Below are positions 63,783-64,000 of a DNA stretch of 64,000 bases, in pieces (position 1 is the first letter of the stretch; each line of letters opens with the position of its first letter). The stretch comes from Psilocybe cubensis (lineage: Eukaryota): contig CM038998.1 of assembly GCA_017499595.2 (NCBI GenBank), positions 868,001 through 932,000 on the forward strand, in the 5' to 3' direction. The notes under the pieces are model-generated. The model saw nothing but the letters and a program-made list of their open reading frames with translations, ran no database searches and was not told the origin of the DNA. Position numbers and translations under genes: made by a program.

Positions 63783-64000
63783 ATGGCCATCGAATTATGC
63801 CCACTCCCCCTACCAGTTTCTGCCGACGCGGCCATGCTTGCTGATTTCGGCCGTGAAGTCAAGGGTGTTAACCCTGCTGAAATGACCCCAGAGCAGTTCA
63901 AAGAGATTGAGGAGGCATTATATAAGGTGTGTTGCGGAACATCGTTATACTATCTGAGTACGGATCTCATTGTTATGTTTAGCACGGTGCTCTCTTGTTT
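63783..64000 (+). CDS. XanA-like dioxygenase paralog 2, truncated by window end
   Basis: MAIELCPLPLPVSADAAMLADFGREVKGVNPAEMTPEQFKEIEEALYK|HGALLF aligns with the N-terminus and first intron position of the 56667 gene. Confidence 0.85.
   Translation, partial: MAIELCPLPLPVSADAAMLADFGREVKGVNPAEMTPEQFKEIEEALYKVCCGTSLYYLSTDLIVMFSTVLSC

Noticed and set aside
1-64000. CRISPR arrays, rRNA genes, LTR retrotransposon or secondary-metabolite core genes
   Set aside because: No repeat-spacer arrays, rDNA, RT/integrase ORFs or PKS/NRPS/terpene synthase motifs were seen.

Overview
Intron-rich fungal genomic DNA, judged a mushroom-forming basidiomycete (Agaricomycetes) from short GT-AG introns, micro-exons and gene families. 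The species cannot be determined here. Gene models were spliced by eye; coordinates run from start to stop codon including introns. Genes: NRAMP transporter (cut by window start), secreted Cys-domain/Thr-rich/CBM1 protein, LAM/GRAM-VASt sterol-transfer gene, two ABCA transporter paralogs, thioredoxin, siderophore-iron MFS transporter with GATA boxes, NSE4, a PGA1-like gene, SMC4, two XanA-like Fe/2OG dioxygenases, GH47 mannosidase and a divergent RPS9/RPL21 pair. Three things stand out. (1) At 7.8-15.3 kb there is an array of two interleaved orphan gene families: four intact minus-strand 'A' genes, plus two intact and two 5'-deleted plus-strand 'B' genes. It is built from head-to-head A/B modules, and each A copy has a conserved 18-bp upstream motif. 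This is a candidate undescribed two-component system (toxin/antidote, allorecognition or drive-like). (2) A compact shieldin-2 (SHLD2)-like OB-fold gene has the N-terminal 'F-x-GAP...W' motif and an SQ/TQ cluster. (3) A 1.46-kb non-autonomous DNA transposon with perfect 27-bp TIRs sits upstream of that gene.
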